This document shows positions 7,763 through 17,983 of a DNA stretch of 64,000 nucleotides, in pieces. The notes under the pieces are model-generated. The model searched no databases. It had not been told where the DNA came from and saw only the letters and a list, made by a program, of their open reading frames with translations. Source of the DNA: an uncultured Chloroflexia bacterium (GTDB lineage: Bacteria > Chloroflexota > Chloroflexia > Thermomicrobiales > UBA6265); assembly GCA_963724295.1 (NCBI GenBank), contig CAVRUC010000008.1:64001-128000 (forward strand), given 5' to 3'. The first letter of the stretch is position 1, and every line of letters begins with the position of its first letter. Both the position numbers and the translations under genes were made by a program.

Positions 7763-9691
7763 ATGGCACGGACAATCGGCATTGACCTGGGAACGACCAA
7801 CTCGGTGATGGCCACCATTGAAGGTGGCGAGCCGACGGTCATCCCGAACGCGGAGGGCGAGCGGCTGACGCCGTCAGTCGTCGCCGTCACCCCGAGTGGG
7901 GAGCGTCTCGTTGGCCGCTTCGCGCGGCGGCAGGCGGTCACTAACCCGGAGAACACGGTTTTCTCGGTCAAGCGCTTCATGGGTCGCAAGTTCGACGACC
8001 CGACCGTTCAACGTGACAAGGGTCTGGTCCCGTACCAGATCCGGGGCGCCAAGAACGGTGACGTCGAGGTCAAGATGGGCGACCGCTGGTACAGCCCGCA
8101 GGAAATCTCGGCGATGATCCTGCAGAAGCTGAAGACCGACGCCGAAGCCTATCTCGGCGAGAAGGTCACCCAGGCGGTGGTCACGGTGCCCGCCTACTTC
8201 GACAACGCTCAGCGTGACGCCACGAAGGACGCCGGCCGCATCGCCGGTCTGGACGTGCAGCGCATCATCAACGAGCCGACCGCTTCAGCGCTGGCCTACG
8301 GTCTGGACAACAAGGGTGACGAGCAGATCTCGGTCTTTGACCTCGGCGGTGGCACCTACGACATCTCCGTCCTGAATCTGTCGGAGGGCGTCTTCCAGGT
8401 CCAGGCCACCAACGGTGACACTCACCTCGGTGGTGATGACTTCGACCAGGCGATCATCGACTACCTCGCCGACGAGTTCAAGAAGCAGGAAGGGATTGAC
8501 CTGCGGCGGGACCGCATGGCCCTGCAGCGGCTGAAGGAGGCGGCTGAGAAGGCGAAGATCGAGCTCTCTTCGGTCGAGCAGACTGACGTCAACTTGCCGT
8601 TCATCACGGCCGACGCCAGTGGGCCGAAGCACCTGAACACGACGCTGACGCGGGCCAAGCTGGAGCAGCTGACGCAGCCGCTCATCGAGCGGACGGTACC
8701 GCCGATGGACGCCGCGCTGAAGGATGCGGGGCAGAGCAAGGGGGACATCGACGAGGTCATCCTCGTCGGCGGTCAAACCCGCATGCCGGCCGTGCAGCGC
8801 AAGGTGCAGAGCTTCTTCGGCAAGGAGCCGAACCGGGGCATCAACCCGGACGAGGTCGTGGCGCTGGGAGCCGCCATCCAGGGTGGCGTTCTCGGCGGCG
8901 ATGTCAAGGACATCCTGCTGCTCGACGTCACGCCGCTGACGCTCTCCATCGAGACCCTGGGCGGCGTGGCCACCCCGCTCATCGAGCGCAACACCACGAT
9001 TCCGACCCGGAAGAGCCAGACCTTTACCACGGCCTCAGATAGCCAGCCGCAGGTCGAGATCAATGTCCTGCAGGGCGAGCGGCCGATGGCGACCGACAAC
9101 AAGAGCCTCGGCAAGTTCATTCTGGATGGCCTGCCGCCGGCGCCGCGCGGCACGCCGAAGATCGACGTCACCTTCGACATCGACGCCAACGGCATCCTCA
9201 ACGTCACCGCCAAGGACCAGGCGACGGGCAAGGAGCAGAAGATCACGATCACCGGCTCGTCCGGTCTCTCCGAGGCCGAGGTGCAGCGGATGGTCCAGGA
9301 GGCCGAGGCGAACGCGGAGGTGGACCGCCAGCGGCGCGAGGCGATCTCGCTGCGCAACGACGCCGAGGCGATGGTCCTCCAGGCTGAGAACACGCTGCGG
9401 GAGTACGGGGACCGCATCCCCTCCGAGCTGAAGATGGAGCTGGACACCAAGGTTCAGGCCGTCAAGGAGATCCTCGAGAAAGAGCCGGAGAATGCGGACC
9501 GGCTGCGACCGGCGTACGAAGACATGGTGCAGTCGCTGACCCAGGTCGGGACGTCGATGTACGAGCAGGCCGGCGCCGCGGGCGCCGACATGAGCGACAA
9601 CGGCGCGAGCCCGGATGGCGCTGCCGGCGCCGAAGACGAGGAGACGGTCGACGCCGAATTCCGCGAAGTCGGCGGCGAGGAGCGCGTCTAG
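7763..9691 (+). CDS. dnaK: Chaperone DnaK (Hsp70)
   Basis: [34 protein letters not shown]. Full length, AAAGGAG RBS. Confidence 0.99.
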   Translation: MARTIGIDLGTTNSVMATIEGGEPTVIPNAEGERLTPSVVAVTPSGERLVGRFARRQAVTNPENTVFSVKRFMGRKFDDPTVQRDKGLVPYQIRGAKNGDVEVKMGDRWYSPQEISAMILQKLKTDAEAYLGEKVTQAVVTVPAYFDNAQRDATKDAGRIAGLDVQRIINEPTASALAYGLDNKGDEQISVFDLGGGTYDISVLNLSEGVFQVQATNGDTHLGGDDFDQAIIDYLADEFKKQEGIDLRRDRMALQRLKEAAEKAKIELSSVEQTDVNLPFITADASGPKHLNTTLTRAKLEQLTQPLIERTVPPMDAALKDAGQSKGDIDEVILVGGQTRMPAVQRKVQSFFGKEPNRGINPDEVVALGAAIQGGVLGGDVKDILLLDVTPLTLSIETLGGVATPLIERNTTIPTRKSQTFTTASDSQPQVEINVLQGERPMATDNKSLGKFILDGLPPAPRGTPKIDVTFDIDANGILNVTAKDQATGKEQKITITGSSGLSEAEVQRMVQEAEANAEVDRQRREAISLRNDAEAMVLQAENTLREYGDRIPSELKMELDTKVQAVKEILEKEPENADRLRPAYEDMVQSLTQVGTSMYEQAGAAGADMSDNGASPDGAAGAEDEETVDAEFREVGGEERV

Positions 9692-9716
9692 CAACCTCGC
9701 GATAGCGGGAAAGAGC

Positions 9717-9746
9717 AACGAGGGCGGCCAGGCGGCCGCCCTCGTT
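9717..9746. terminator. Hairpin between convergent dnaK and M81 peptidase genes
   Basis: AACGAGGGCGGCC-aggc-GGCCGCCCTCGTT, perfect 13-bp stem, weak U tract. Confidence 0.7.
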
Positions 9747-9758
9747 CATTGCCCGGGT

Positions 9759-11342
9759 CTAGTTCCCATCCGTGGCAAAGCCGATTGCCTCAACCGGATC
9801 GAGCGGCCAGATCGGGCGCCGCACCTTGCGGAACGTCAATCGTGAGAGATCAGCGCCGGTCGTGCCTGGTCCCTCGACCAGCACGACCCGCCTGGCGATC
9901 GGCTCGAAGGCGGCGCGAAAATGCCCCTTCCCTTTCAGTCCCAGGACGCGGTGCCGGGTCGGCTCGATTCCATGGCAGCGGAAGATGTTGAGGTCGACCG
10001 GGGTCTCTGCCCGCGTCGTGACCAGCACCTCGACCGGTGGCGAAGGGGACCCCTCGGGAGGGGACAGCGGACCATCTGCCGGTTCGCACAGCAGCAACGC
10101 GGTCGGGCCAAGATCGACGGTAAGGCCGGCCATCATCGGACCGTCATTGATGTAGCGGCCGTCACTGAGCAACTTGACGTGGGCCCGCACGGGCAGCGGG
10201 TCTCCGTGGAGCCGGTCGGTTTTGCCGCCCAGGTCGACCGCGATCTTCCCGCCCGGTCCCGCCGCGATAGCCTTTTGCACTACTTCAGGGTCGCGGACCA
10301 GGGCAATGGCGGCGCCGTCCACCTGCTGCGCGAAGAGAAACCGAAGCAGCTCGACGCTGTCCCCCGGTCCTCCACTCCACGGGTTGTCCGCGATATCGAC
10401 CAGAACCAGTGGGCCGCTGACTGGCATGTTGACGTCTTGCTCGCTGTCGAGGGCGTGGATCAACTCGGCCGCGTGCTCGAAAGTGGAAACCCCACCCAGG
10501 AACCCGTCGCGCAGGGACCACGCCTCCGTGGCCAGCTCGTTTGCCAGCTCCGCGGCCAGGTCCGGGTCGTCATCCGTGGTGACCACGATGCCGAGTCCGG
10601 CGTCCGCGTTGTCCCCGAGCGGAAACCCGCCGGCGATCGTGACGTTGACGACTCGCGGGTCCTCCTCATAGACGTGCGCTCGTTCCATGAGCGCCCGCAT
10701 GGGCATCCGTTCTGTCGTCATCCGCTGCGAGGTGGGGAGCATCGGCGGCTTGCGCAGCGCCGCTGTGGGGCGGAGCTCGCCGCGCATGAGGCGAGCCAGG
10801 ACAGCGGTCGCCTCCTCGGCACGCTCGGCCATATCGATGTGCGGATAGGTGTCGTAGCCGATCAGCACGTCGGCGAGCTCGACCATCCGCGCCGAGATGT
10901 TGGCATGCAGGTCCAGGGTCGCGACCACCGGCACGTCAGGACCGACGATCCTTCGCACGGTCTGCAAGACGTACCCGTCTCCATCGTCGTCGATCTCGGT
11001 GACCATGGCGCCGTGCAAGGCGAGGAGGACCCCGTCGAGCGGACCTTCCGCCATTGCCCGCCACAGTCCATCGCCGAGCAACCCGGTCAGATGCTCGATC
11101 GCCTCCGCTGTCACCAGGCCGGAAGGGGTCGCCCAGACGGCCAGCAGGGGTATGAGGTCGAATCCCTGGGCCGCTGCTCCGGTGATGAAGCCGCCGAACT
11201 CGGTGTTGGTGCCTCGCGAGGTCTCGATGACGTCCTGGCCAAGGTCGATCCCGGACGCCGCGAAGGCCGCAAGATCCGTCTTGACCTCGGAGAAGGCACT
11301 GGTCTCGTGCGCGATCTGGGCCGCGGCAACGCGAAACGTCAT
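9759..11342 (-). CDS. M81 family metallopeptidase (MlrC-like)
   Basis: QIAHETSAFS, LLALHGAMV, TLDLHAN, YDTYPHIDM, DIADNPWSGGPGD, KGKGHFRAAF. Confidence 0.92.
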   Translation of the reverse strand: MTFRVAAAQIAHETSAFSEVKTDLAAFAASGIDLGQDVIETSRGTNTEFGGFITGAAAQGFDLIPLLAVWATPSGLVTAEAIEHLTGLLGDGLWRAMAEGPLDGVLLALHGAMVTEIDDDGDGYVLQTVRRIVGPDVPVVATLDLHANISARMVELADVLIGYDTYPHIDMAERAEEATAVLARLMRGELRPTAALRKPPMLPTSQRMTTERMPMRALMERAHVYEEDPRVVNVTIAGGFPLGDNADAGLGIVVTTDDDPDLAAELANELATEAWSLRDGFLGGVSTFEHAAELIHALDSEQDVNMPVSGPLVLVDIADNPWSGGPGDSVELLRFLFAQQVDGAAIALVRDPEVVQKAIAAGPGGKIAVDLGGKTDRLHGDPLPVRAHVKLLSDGRYINDGPMMAGLTVDLGPTALLLCEPADGPLSPPEGSPSPPVEVLVTTRAETPVDLNIFRCHGIEPTRHRVLGLKGKGHFRAAFEPIARRVVLVEGPGTTGADLSRLTFRKVRRPIWPLDPVEAIGFATDGN

Positions 11343-11345
11343 CGA

Positions 11346-12245
11346 CTATGAGGACGCCGTGGTCGCGGAGACCGCTCGTTCAGCACTGGCGCCGCGCAGG
11401 CCGAGCAGCACCCGCACCTGGTCCGGCGTCGCCAGCGGCCGGCCCAGCTCCGCGGCGATGCGAGCGACGCGCGCCACAAGCTGCGCGTTGCTCTCGGCCA
11501 GCTCCCCCTTGCGATACCAGATGTTGTCCTCCAGCCCCGTGCGCACGTGTCCACCCATGGCCATCGCCGCCATCCCCAGCGGCAGCTGCGCGCGGCCGAT
11601 GCCGCAGACCGACCAATAGGCCCCCGCCGGCAGCATCTCGACCATGTGCTGGAGCTGCTTCACCTCGGGCGGGCTACCCCCACGCACGCCCAGCACGAAC
11701 TGGAACCAGAAAGGCGGCTCGAGCAGTCCATCGTCGATCAGCCGCAACGCGTTCCAGATGTGACCGGGCTCGAAGCACTCGATTTCCGGTTTCACTCCAT
11801 AGATCTTCATGCGGGTCGCCAGCTCGCGCAGGAAGGTGGGCGAGTTGATGAAGACTCGTTCTCCGAAGTTGACCGACCCGCAGTCGTAGGAGGCGATTTC
11901 GGGGGCCAGCGTCAGTGGCGCCATCCGCTCCTCATCGCTCGAGGTGCCGGCGCCGCCTCCGGTACTCATGTTGATAACGACGTTCGAACCGGCCGCTTCA
12001 ACCAGGTCCCGCACCCGACCGTAGCGCGCGGGGTCGCACGTCACCTTCTCATCGTCATCACGGACGTGGATATGGACGATCGCCGCGCCGGCCGCGCCGC
12101 ACTCGATCGCCGCCCGGGCGATCTCGTCGGGCGTCGTCGGCACGTTCGGATTCTGGGCTTTCGTTGGCCACGATCCGGTGGTCGCCGCGGAGATGATCAA
12201 GGCATCGCGCGGGAACGCGGTCGGTTGCGGGCTCGGCTCGCTCAT
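11346..12245 (-). CDS. beta-keto acid cleavage enzyme (DUF849/Kce family)
   Basis: IISAATTG, PTTPDEIA, GAAIVHIHVRD, KPEIECFE, GGHVRTGLEDN. Confidence 0.93.
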   Translation of the reverse strand: MSEPSPQPTAFPRDALIISAATTGSWPTKAQNPNVPTTPDEIARAAIECGAAGAAIVHIHVRDDDEKVTCDPARYGRVRDLVEAAGSNVVINMSTGGGAGTSSDEERMAPLTLAPEIASYDCGSVNFGERVFINSPTFLRELATRMKIYGVKPEIECFEPGHIWNALRLIDDGLLEPPFWFQFVLGVRGGSPPEVKQLQHMVEMLPAGAYWSVCGIGRAQLPLGMAAMAMGGHVRTGLEDNIWYRKGELAESNAQLVARVARIAAELGRPLATPDQVRVLLGLRGASAERAVSATTASS

Positions 12246-12342
12246 AGGCGGGTCTACGATCCTTGCTTCAGGAGTCGCGGCCAGTCCGCTGGCGGACTAT
12301 AGCGGGCCAGGAGATGCAGAGCAATAAGCGGGAGGCCATCGC

Positions 12343-12372
12343 TTGACAATATCGTCCGTCATGTCGTAAGAA
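12343..12372 (+). promoter_or_regulatory. Putative sigma70 promoter
   Basis: TTGACA-N18-TAAGAA upstream of the guaB-like remnant and the ATPase. Confidence 0.5.
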
Positions 12373-12419
12373 ATGGAATAGGGACGCGCTGTGCCCCCGC
12401 CGATCGAGGGGGTTTCTTT

Positions 12420-12605
12420 ATGCCTGGCATCCGCCACGGCCTGGCCTACAACGACGTCCTCGTGGTCCCGCTCTACTCCCGGGTTCGCTCCCGCAACGAG
12501 GTCGATCTCAGCACCGTCATCGCGCCGGGGATCAGCCTGGCCGTTCCACTCAGCGGAGCCGGCTACCAGGAGAGCCAGGCTCACGACGTATTGGTCCGCG
12601 CCTGA
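12420..12605 (+). pseudogene. guaB: IMP dehydrogenase / GMP reductase-family gene with a near-total internal in-frame deletion
   Basis: 61 aa. GLAYNDVLVVPLYSRVRSRNEVDLSTVIAPGISLAVPL (GuaB/GuaC N-terminus) is joined directly to SGAGYQESQAHDV (the GuaB C-terminal AG..ES..HDV flap motif). Confidence 0.75.
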
Positions 12606-12642
12606 CCGGCTTCCGGCGCACAGGAACTGGCGGGAGAAGGAC

Positions 12643-13464
12643 GTGATCCATCTGCGCGGCGTCCAACTCCTGCCGCCCCCCGCCGGCCAGCCTGAAGACG
12701 ACGGGTATCCGTTCGCGGTGCCAGCGGTAGGGTCGCTGCGCGGAGCCCCTCTCGAGTTCGACGCGCCGGTGACCTTTCTCGTCGGCGAGAACGGCTCCGG
12801 AAAGTCGGCCATCCTGGAGGGGTTGGCCTGCGCCACGGGGTCGATCGCCATTGCCGGCGAGGATCCCCGGCGCGATCCGACACTGGCCGCGGCCCGCGCC
12901 CTGGGTGACCGCCTGCGCCTGACCTGGCGCGCCCGCACCCAGCGCGGGTTCTTCCTGCGCGCCGAGGACTTTTTCGGCTTCGCCAAGTACATCTCGGCAT
13001 TGCGCGCTGGACTGGAGCGCGATCTCGCGGAGCTGAACGCCGAACCGGGGCCTGAAACCTACGGCCGCGGGCTGGCTCGCGGGGTCTTTAACCGAGAGAT
13101 CGGTCTCCTGCGCCAGACCGATAGCACCGTCAACGAGACCTCACACGGCGAGAGCTTTCTCGAGCTGTTCCAGCGACGGTTTTCTCCGCACGGACTCTAC
13201 TTGCTCGACGAGCCAGAAGCACCGCTCTCACCGGTCCGCCAGCTGGCGATGCTGGCGTTGCTGCGGGAGATGACCGGCGCGGGGGAAAGCCAGTTCATCA
13301 TCGCTACCCACTCGCCGCTGCTGATGGCGTTCCCGGGAGCGACGATCTACAGCCTCGACGGCGGCACGCCCCGCCGCGTCGCCTGGGACGATCTGGAGCA
13401 CGTCGCCCTGACCCGCGACTTCCTCAACGATCCGGACACATTCCTGCGCCATCTGGCGGAGTGA
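12643..13464 (+). CDS. ABC/AAA-type ATPase (COG3910-like predicted ATPase)
   Basis: PVTFLVGENGSGKS Walker A, GFFLRAEDFF, SHGESF, LYLLDEPEAPLSP, QFIIATHSP. GTG start after GAAGG. Confidence 0.9.
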   Translation: MIHLRGVQLLPPPAGQPEDDGYPFAVPAVGSLRGAPLEFDAPVTFLVGENGSGKSAILEGLACATGSIAIAGEDPRRDPTLAAARALGDRLRLTWRARTQRGFFLRAEDFFGFAKYISALRAGLERDLAELNAEPGPETYGRGLARGVFNREIGLLRQTDSTVNETSHGESFLELFQRRFSPHGLYLLDEPEAPLSPVRQLAMLALLREMTGAGESQFIIATHSPLLMAFPGATIYSLDGGTPRRVAWDDLEHVALTRDFLNDPDTFLRHLAE

Positions 13465-13471
13465 GATCGCC

Positions 13472-13987
13472 CTACCCCACTCCGCTCGAGCCGGACTCCC
13501 ACCCGGCGGGTGCATAGCCCTCGACGCCACTCTGGTCCGGCAGCGCGCGAAGCATCTCCCGCACCGTCTGTCCCGACGCTGGATGCACCATCTCCGGAGC
13601 CAGGTCCGCGAGCGGGACAAGCACGAAGGCGCGGTCGTGCAGGCGTGGGTGCGGCAGGGTCAATTCAGCGGTTTCGAGGGTCACGTCGTCGACCAGCAGC
13701 AGATCGAGATCGAGCGCGCGCGGAGCGTTCGGGAAGGAGCGCGTGCGGCCCAATTCGCGCTCGATGCCGAGCAGCGCCCGGAGAAGATCGACGGGAGCCA
13801 GCGCGGTCTCCAGCGCGACGACCGCGTTCAGGAAGGCAGGTTGCTCCAGATATCCGACCGGCTCCGTCTCGTAGAGACTCGAGACCCCGGTGATGCGACC
13901 CAGGGTCTGCAGTCGCTGGACCGCCGAGCGCAACGTCGCCATCCGGTCGCCGAGGTTCGATCCCAGCCCGATGTAGGCCGTTGCCAT
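13472..13987 (-). CDS. folK: 6-hydroxymethyl-7,8-dihydropterin pyrophosphokinase
   Basis: AYIGLGSNLGDR, FLNAV, PRALDLDLL, LPHPRLHDRAFVL. Confidence 0.96.
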   Translation of the reverse strand: MATAYIGLGSNLGDRMATLRSAVQRLQTLGRITGVSSLYETEPVGYLEQPAFLNAVVALETALAPVDLLRALLGIERELGRTRSFPNAPRALDLDLLLVDDVTLETAELTLPHPRLHDRAFVLVPLADLAPEMVHPASGQTVREMLRALPDQSGVEGYAPAGWESGSSGVG

Positions 13988-13992
13988 CGCGG

Positions 13993-14904
13993 TCAGGGCC
14001 GCGGAGCGCCAGGCCAGCTCAGCGCCTCTCGCGGCGCCCCACGCACCACCGCGTCGGTCATGCGCGCCACCCGCGTCATCGCCCGCACGTCGTGGACGCG
14101 GACGATATCGGCGCCACCGGCGATCGCCAGGCTCACCGTCGCCGCGGTCCCCTCCAGGCGGTCATCCTCCGCAACACCCAACACCCGCCCGATCGTGCTC
14201 TTGCGTGAGGTGCCCGCCAGGATCGGTCTCCCCAGCGCTTTCAGCTCCCCCAACCGGCGCAGCAGCTCGAGATTCTGCCGCCAGTCCTTGCCGAAGCCAA
14301 ACCCGGGATCGACGATCAGCCGCTCCCATGCCACCCCCGCCGCGACAGCCCGGTCGAGTCGCCGCGAGAGCTCGCGCCGGATGCTCGTCATCAGATCGAC
14401 CCCGGGTTCGGGTGGAACGTCATGCATGAGCACCGCCGGCACCCCGGCTCGGGCCACAACCGCGGCCATCTCGGGGTCTGCCATGAACCCGCGTACATCG
14501 TTGATGAGATTGGCCCCGGCCGCAATCGCCTCCGCGGCGACCGTCGCCTTGCTGGTATCGACGGAGAGCAGGACAGCGGTGCGCGCCCTGATTGCTTTGA
14601 GCGCGGGAAGCAAGCGCGCCAGCTCCTCGTCCGCGGAGATCGGGACGTGACCGGGTCGAGTCGATTCAGCGCCCAGATCGAGGATGTCCGCCCCGTCCTC
14701 AACCGCGCCCAGCGCCGCCGAGAGCGCCACGTTCACGCTCTCAGCCAGGCCATCACCGGAGAAGGAGTCGGGGGTAAGGTTGAGGATCGCCATGACGTGC
14801 GTCCTGGCGCCCCAGCGCAGCTCGTGTCCGTTCCAGATCGTGGGCAGCAGAGATTCTCGGATTTCACCGGGAAGCGCGTGCGGGGGAGGCTGTCCCTCGG
14901 TCAC
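13993..14904 (-). CDS. folP: Dihydropteroate synthase
   Basis: [50 protein letters not shown] start overlaps the folE stop. Confidence 0.95.
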   Translation of the reverse strand: MTEGQPPPHALPGEIRESLLPTIWNGHELRWGARTHVMAILNLTPDSFSGDGLAESVNVALSAALGAVEDGADILDLGAESTRPGHVPISADEELARLLPALKAIRARTAVLLSVDTSKATVAAEAIAAGANLINDVRGFMADPEMAAVVARAGVPAVLMHDVPPEPGVDLMTSIRRELSRRLDRAVAAGVAWERLIVDPGFGFGKDWRQNLELLRRLGELKALGRPILAGTSRKSTIGRVLGVAEDDRLEGTAATVSLAIAGGADIVRVHDVRAMTRVARMTDAVVRGAPREALSWPGAPRP

Positions 14905-15479
14905 CGCGGCCCGCCGCGCACGATGGCCATGAACTCCGCCCGTGTCTCTGGTCGGCTGCGGAACCCGCCCCGCATCGCCGAGGTAACCATCGTCGCGCCT
15001 GGTTTCTCGATGCCACGGATGGTCATGCAGGTGTGAACGGCCTCGATCACCACACCGCAACCATCGGGCCGCAGCGCTTCCATCAGTGCGTCGGCGACCT
15101 CACTCGTCAGCCGCTCCTGCACCTGCGGTCGCCGTGCGTAGCCTTCCACCAGGCGTGCCAGCTTGCTCAACCCGACGATGCGACCGCGAGGGATGTAGCC
15201 GACGTGAGCGATCCCCGTGAACGGCAGCAGGTGATGCTCGCAGAGTGAGGCGAAGGGAATGTCGCGCAGGACGACCATCTCCTTGTGCCCCTCGTCGAAC
15301 GTCGCCCGCAGATGCTGCTTTGGATCTTCACGCAGACCGGCGAAAAGCTCCGCGTACGCCTCGGCGATGCGATGCGGCGTGCGCTGCAAGCCTTCCCGAT
15401 CGGGATCTTCGCCGATGGCGAGCAATATCTCGCGCACCGCCGCCTCGATGCGCGGCGTGTCGAAGCCCCCGTCGCTCAC
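14901..15479 (-). CDS. folE: GTP cyclohydrolase I
   Basis: [47 protein letters not shown]. Confidence 0.97.
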   Translation of the reverse strand: MSDGGFDTPRIEAAVREILLAIGEDPDREGLQRTPHRIAEAYAELFAGLREDPKQHLRATFDEGHKEMVVLRDIPFASLCEHHLLPFTGIAHVGYIPRGRIVGLSKLARLVEGYARRPQVQERLTSEVADALMEALRPDGCGVVIEAVHTCMTIRGIEKPGATMVTSAMRGGFRSRPETRAEFMAIVRGGPR

Positions 15480-15895
15480 GAATCATCGCTCCCAGCGGAC
15501 CGCCAGCGCCTGATGCGCACTCCTGCGGCATCGAGCATCGACCCTTTCATCGGAACGTCCGGCTTACGCACCGTTACGGTGACCTGCTCGACGAGCGGGA
15601 AGCTCTCCAGAATTTCCGACGCTATGGATTCCGCCACAGCCTCGATGAGGTTGCGCGGCTCACCCTCGACGATCCCTCTCACAACCTTGTAGACGGCGCT
15701 GTAGGAGACGGTGTTCGCCAGCTCATCACTCTGCCCAGCCCGGCGCAGATCGACCGCCAGGACCACGTCAACCGTAAAACGCTGGCCAAGGGCCTGCTCC
15801 TCCGGGTTGACCCCGTGATAGGCGTAAAAGCGCATCCCCTCGAGGAGGATCTCATCCGTGGCGGGCAATTTGTCGAATGGTGGGTGTGCTGGCAT
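15476..15895 (-). CDS. folB: Dihydroneopterin aldolase
   Basis: [46 protein letters not shown] lies 9 nt upstream of the ATG (near-leaderless). Confidence 0.95.
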   Translation of the reverse strand: MPAHPPFDKLPATDEILLEGMRFYAYHGVNPEEQALGQRFTVDVVLAVDLRRAGQSDELANTVSYSAVYKVVRGIVEGEPRNLIEAVAESIASEILESFPLVEQVTVTVRKPDVPMKGSMLDAAGVRIRRWRSAGSDDS

Positions 15896-16154
15896 TCCGC
15901 CGCGAGTATACGATCGCGTGGAGACTCGTCGGACTGGCGATGGTTAGGCGCGCTCGCTGATCCGCCCGTGAACTAGATTGGTTTCCGGAGTGCCGATGAG
16001 GAATACAAACCAGTTTCTTTGCAGCCGCTCGGTGAGCCGGGATGTAATATCTCTTGTTGGTGCCGGGGTGCAAAGTGCATGATGGTGACTGATTCCAGGT
16101 CGGGCTGAGCAATACCAAATAACCTACCAATGAGCGCGGAGACAAGCGAACCGA

Positions 16155-17027
16155 ATGGACGAGCGCAGACGATCCGTCACTGAAACACCGGGAGTGCTGA
16201 TCACCTTTCTCGATCGCGTCCGACTCCTTGAGCTCCTACCCAAGGGCGGCATGGTAGGCGAGATCGGAGTCCTTCGCGGTGCTTTCGCGCGCTCGATCCG
16301 GGACACCGCGGAACCTGACACCCTCCACCTGATCGATGCCTGGGAGGGCACCGAAAAACGAAAGTACACCTCGGAGAAGATGAACGAGGCGTATCAGGAC
16401 GTTCAGAACGGCTTTCGTGACGATATTGGGACGGGGCGGGTCGTGCTGCATCGTACCTACTCGACAGAGGCTGCCGCAACATTCCCCGACCACTACTTCG
16501 ATTGGGTCTACATTGACGCCATGCACGATTACGTGAGCGTACGGGCTGACCTGCTGGCCTTTGCTCCTAAAGTGAAGCCAGACGGCTTCATCCTGGGGCA
16601 TGATTTTTCGACGTACAAGCCTAAATTTGGCGTGATCCCTGCCGTTCGAGAATTCACCAGGTCCGCGGGCTTTGACCTTGCGCTCGTGACGAATGAGACC
16701 AACCCGACCTACCTCCTGGCTCGATCCAACAACGACACTACGCTCACGGCCCTTCGGACCGCACTGCTCAACCACGAGGGCGGCCAGCCAATCGAATTGG
16801 ATGAATCCCTTTTTGACCACCTAACGCAGGTCGAAGCGTCGCTCGGCAACGGACAGACTGGTCGGCTCATGAAATTCGGCCCATGTCCCAACGGCGAACT
16901 TGACGTGGATGACCTTGGGGCTGCTCCAATCTATTATGGTGGACGACGCGATGGAAGCCGTCGAGCCAGGAAACGGACAACCAGTCCTCGCGCTGATCGG
17001 AAGCGGGACCGGACCGGACCGTCGTAG
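16155..17027 (+). CDS. Class I SAM-dependent methyltransferase (Methyltransf_24-like)
   Basis: GEIGVLRGAF, LHLIDAW, FDWVYIDAMHDY..VRADL, VKPDGFILGHDF. Confidence 0.88.
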   Translation: MDERRRSVTETPGVLITFLDRVRLLELLPKGGMVGEIGVLRGAFARSIRDTAEPDTLHLIDAWEGTEKRKYTSEKMNEAYQDVQNGFRDDIGTGRVVLHRTYSTEAAATFPDHYFDWVYIDAMHDYVSVRADLLAFAPKVKPDGFILGHDFSTYKPKFGVIPAVREFTRSAGFDLALVTNETNPTYLLARSNNDTTLTALRTALLNHEGGQPIELDESLFDHLTQVEASLGNGQTGRLMKFGPCPNGELDVDDLGAAPIYYGGRRDGSRRARKRTTSPRADRKRDRTGPS

Positions 17028-17133
17028 ACACCAGGGGCGCGCCTTTCCGCGCGACTCGCCGAGTCGATGGTCAGCCGCCGCTCCATGAATCGTTAGCGCC
17101 AGCAAAGTTTGCAGCCTGAAGAAGGTCGTGCCA

Positions 17134-17842
17134 TCAGCGCACCTCGTAGCCGAGGGCGCGAATCCGTCTGGGGTAACGCTCGCGGAAGATGGCGAGATGT
17201 TCCTCCGTCAAGCGCTCCCGTGAGTCACCAACCTTCGCCGCCCGAATGTGTCCCGGTCGGACGAACGTCATCTCACGCATGTTCTCGGCGCTGCAGGTCT
17301 CCACCGCCCGCTCCCGCATCTGTTCAGGCACCAGGACCAGGTGCCGATCCAGTTGGGCCAGGGCCCCAATCGGATCCTCCTGCAAATCCTCATAGCGGAC
17401 CACAGCCGTGCGGCCGCTCTTGATCCACCCCAGGGGCAGCTTCAGGTGTTGGCGCTCGCCCCCGTTGCGGAGGTAGTCCAGGACATCGGGATGATCGAGG
17501 GGTTTGTCTATCAGGGCATCTCGCTCAAATCCTCTGCCGGACCGGCGCTGGATCGAGAAGTAATAGGAGACGAACACGTCGTAGGGGTCGCGGACGATCG
17601 TCACGATGTGGGCCGGGAGCGAGGAAATGGCATCGGCCAGCTCGGGTGAGAAGGGATAGTGCTGGTGAGAGATCGTCCCGTCCGGGAAGCCGCCTCGCCA
17701 CCCACCTCTGGAACGTGCGCAGCCCAAGGGGCTTTTCCGGCTTCTCCTTGTCTCCCAGGATGCGGAGGTCCTAGGCGTTGGCCAGGAGGCACTTCAGCCA
17801 CACGTTCCCCGACTTCTGGGACCCGACGATCAGGATCCTCAT
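17134..17842 (-). pseudogene. Sulfotransferase-domain gene, paralog 1, disrupted
   Basis: MRILIVGSQKSGNVWLKCLL (5'-PSB loop). In-frame TAG at 17771-17773 and a frameshift near 17700. Then TIVRDPYDVFVSYY, VVRYEDL and C-terminal FRERY...IRALGYEVR*. Confidence 0.8.
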
Positions 17843-17983
17843 GATCCGATCTTCTCCTTGTCAAGAGACAAAGGCACTTGACGTCGCTGGAGTCCGAGGC
17901 GTCCACACGACGAGATCTATTTACAGCATGATGAGAGCGGCGTCCGCCAAAGCGGAGCCATCTCTGGCGATGGATCAAGGGTG

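Noticed and set aside
6004..9746. Absence of dnaJ after dnaK; Zn-ribbon tail on MscL
   Set aside because: Both are common known variants and not notable.
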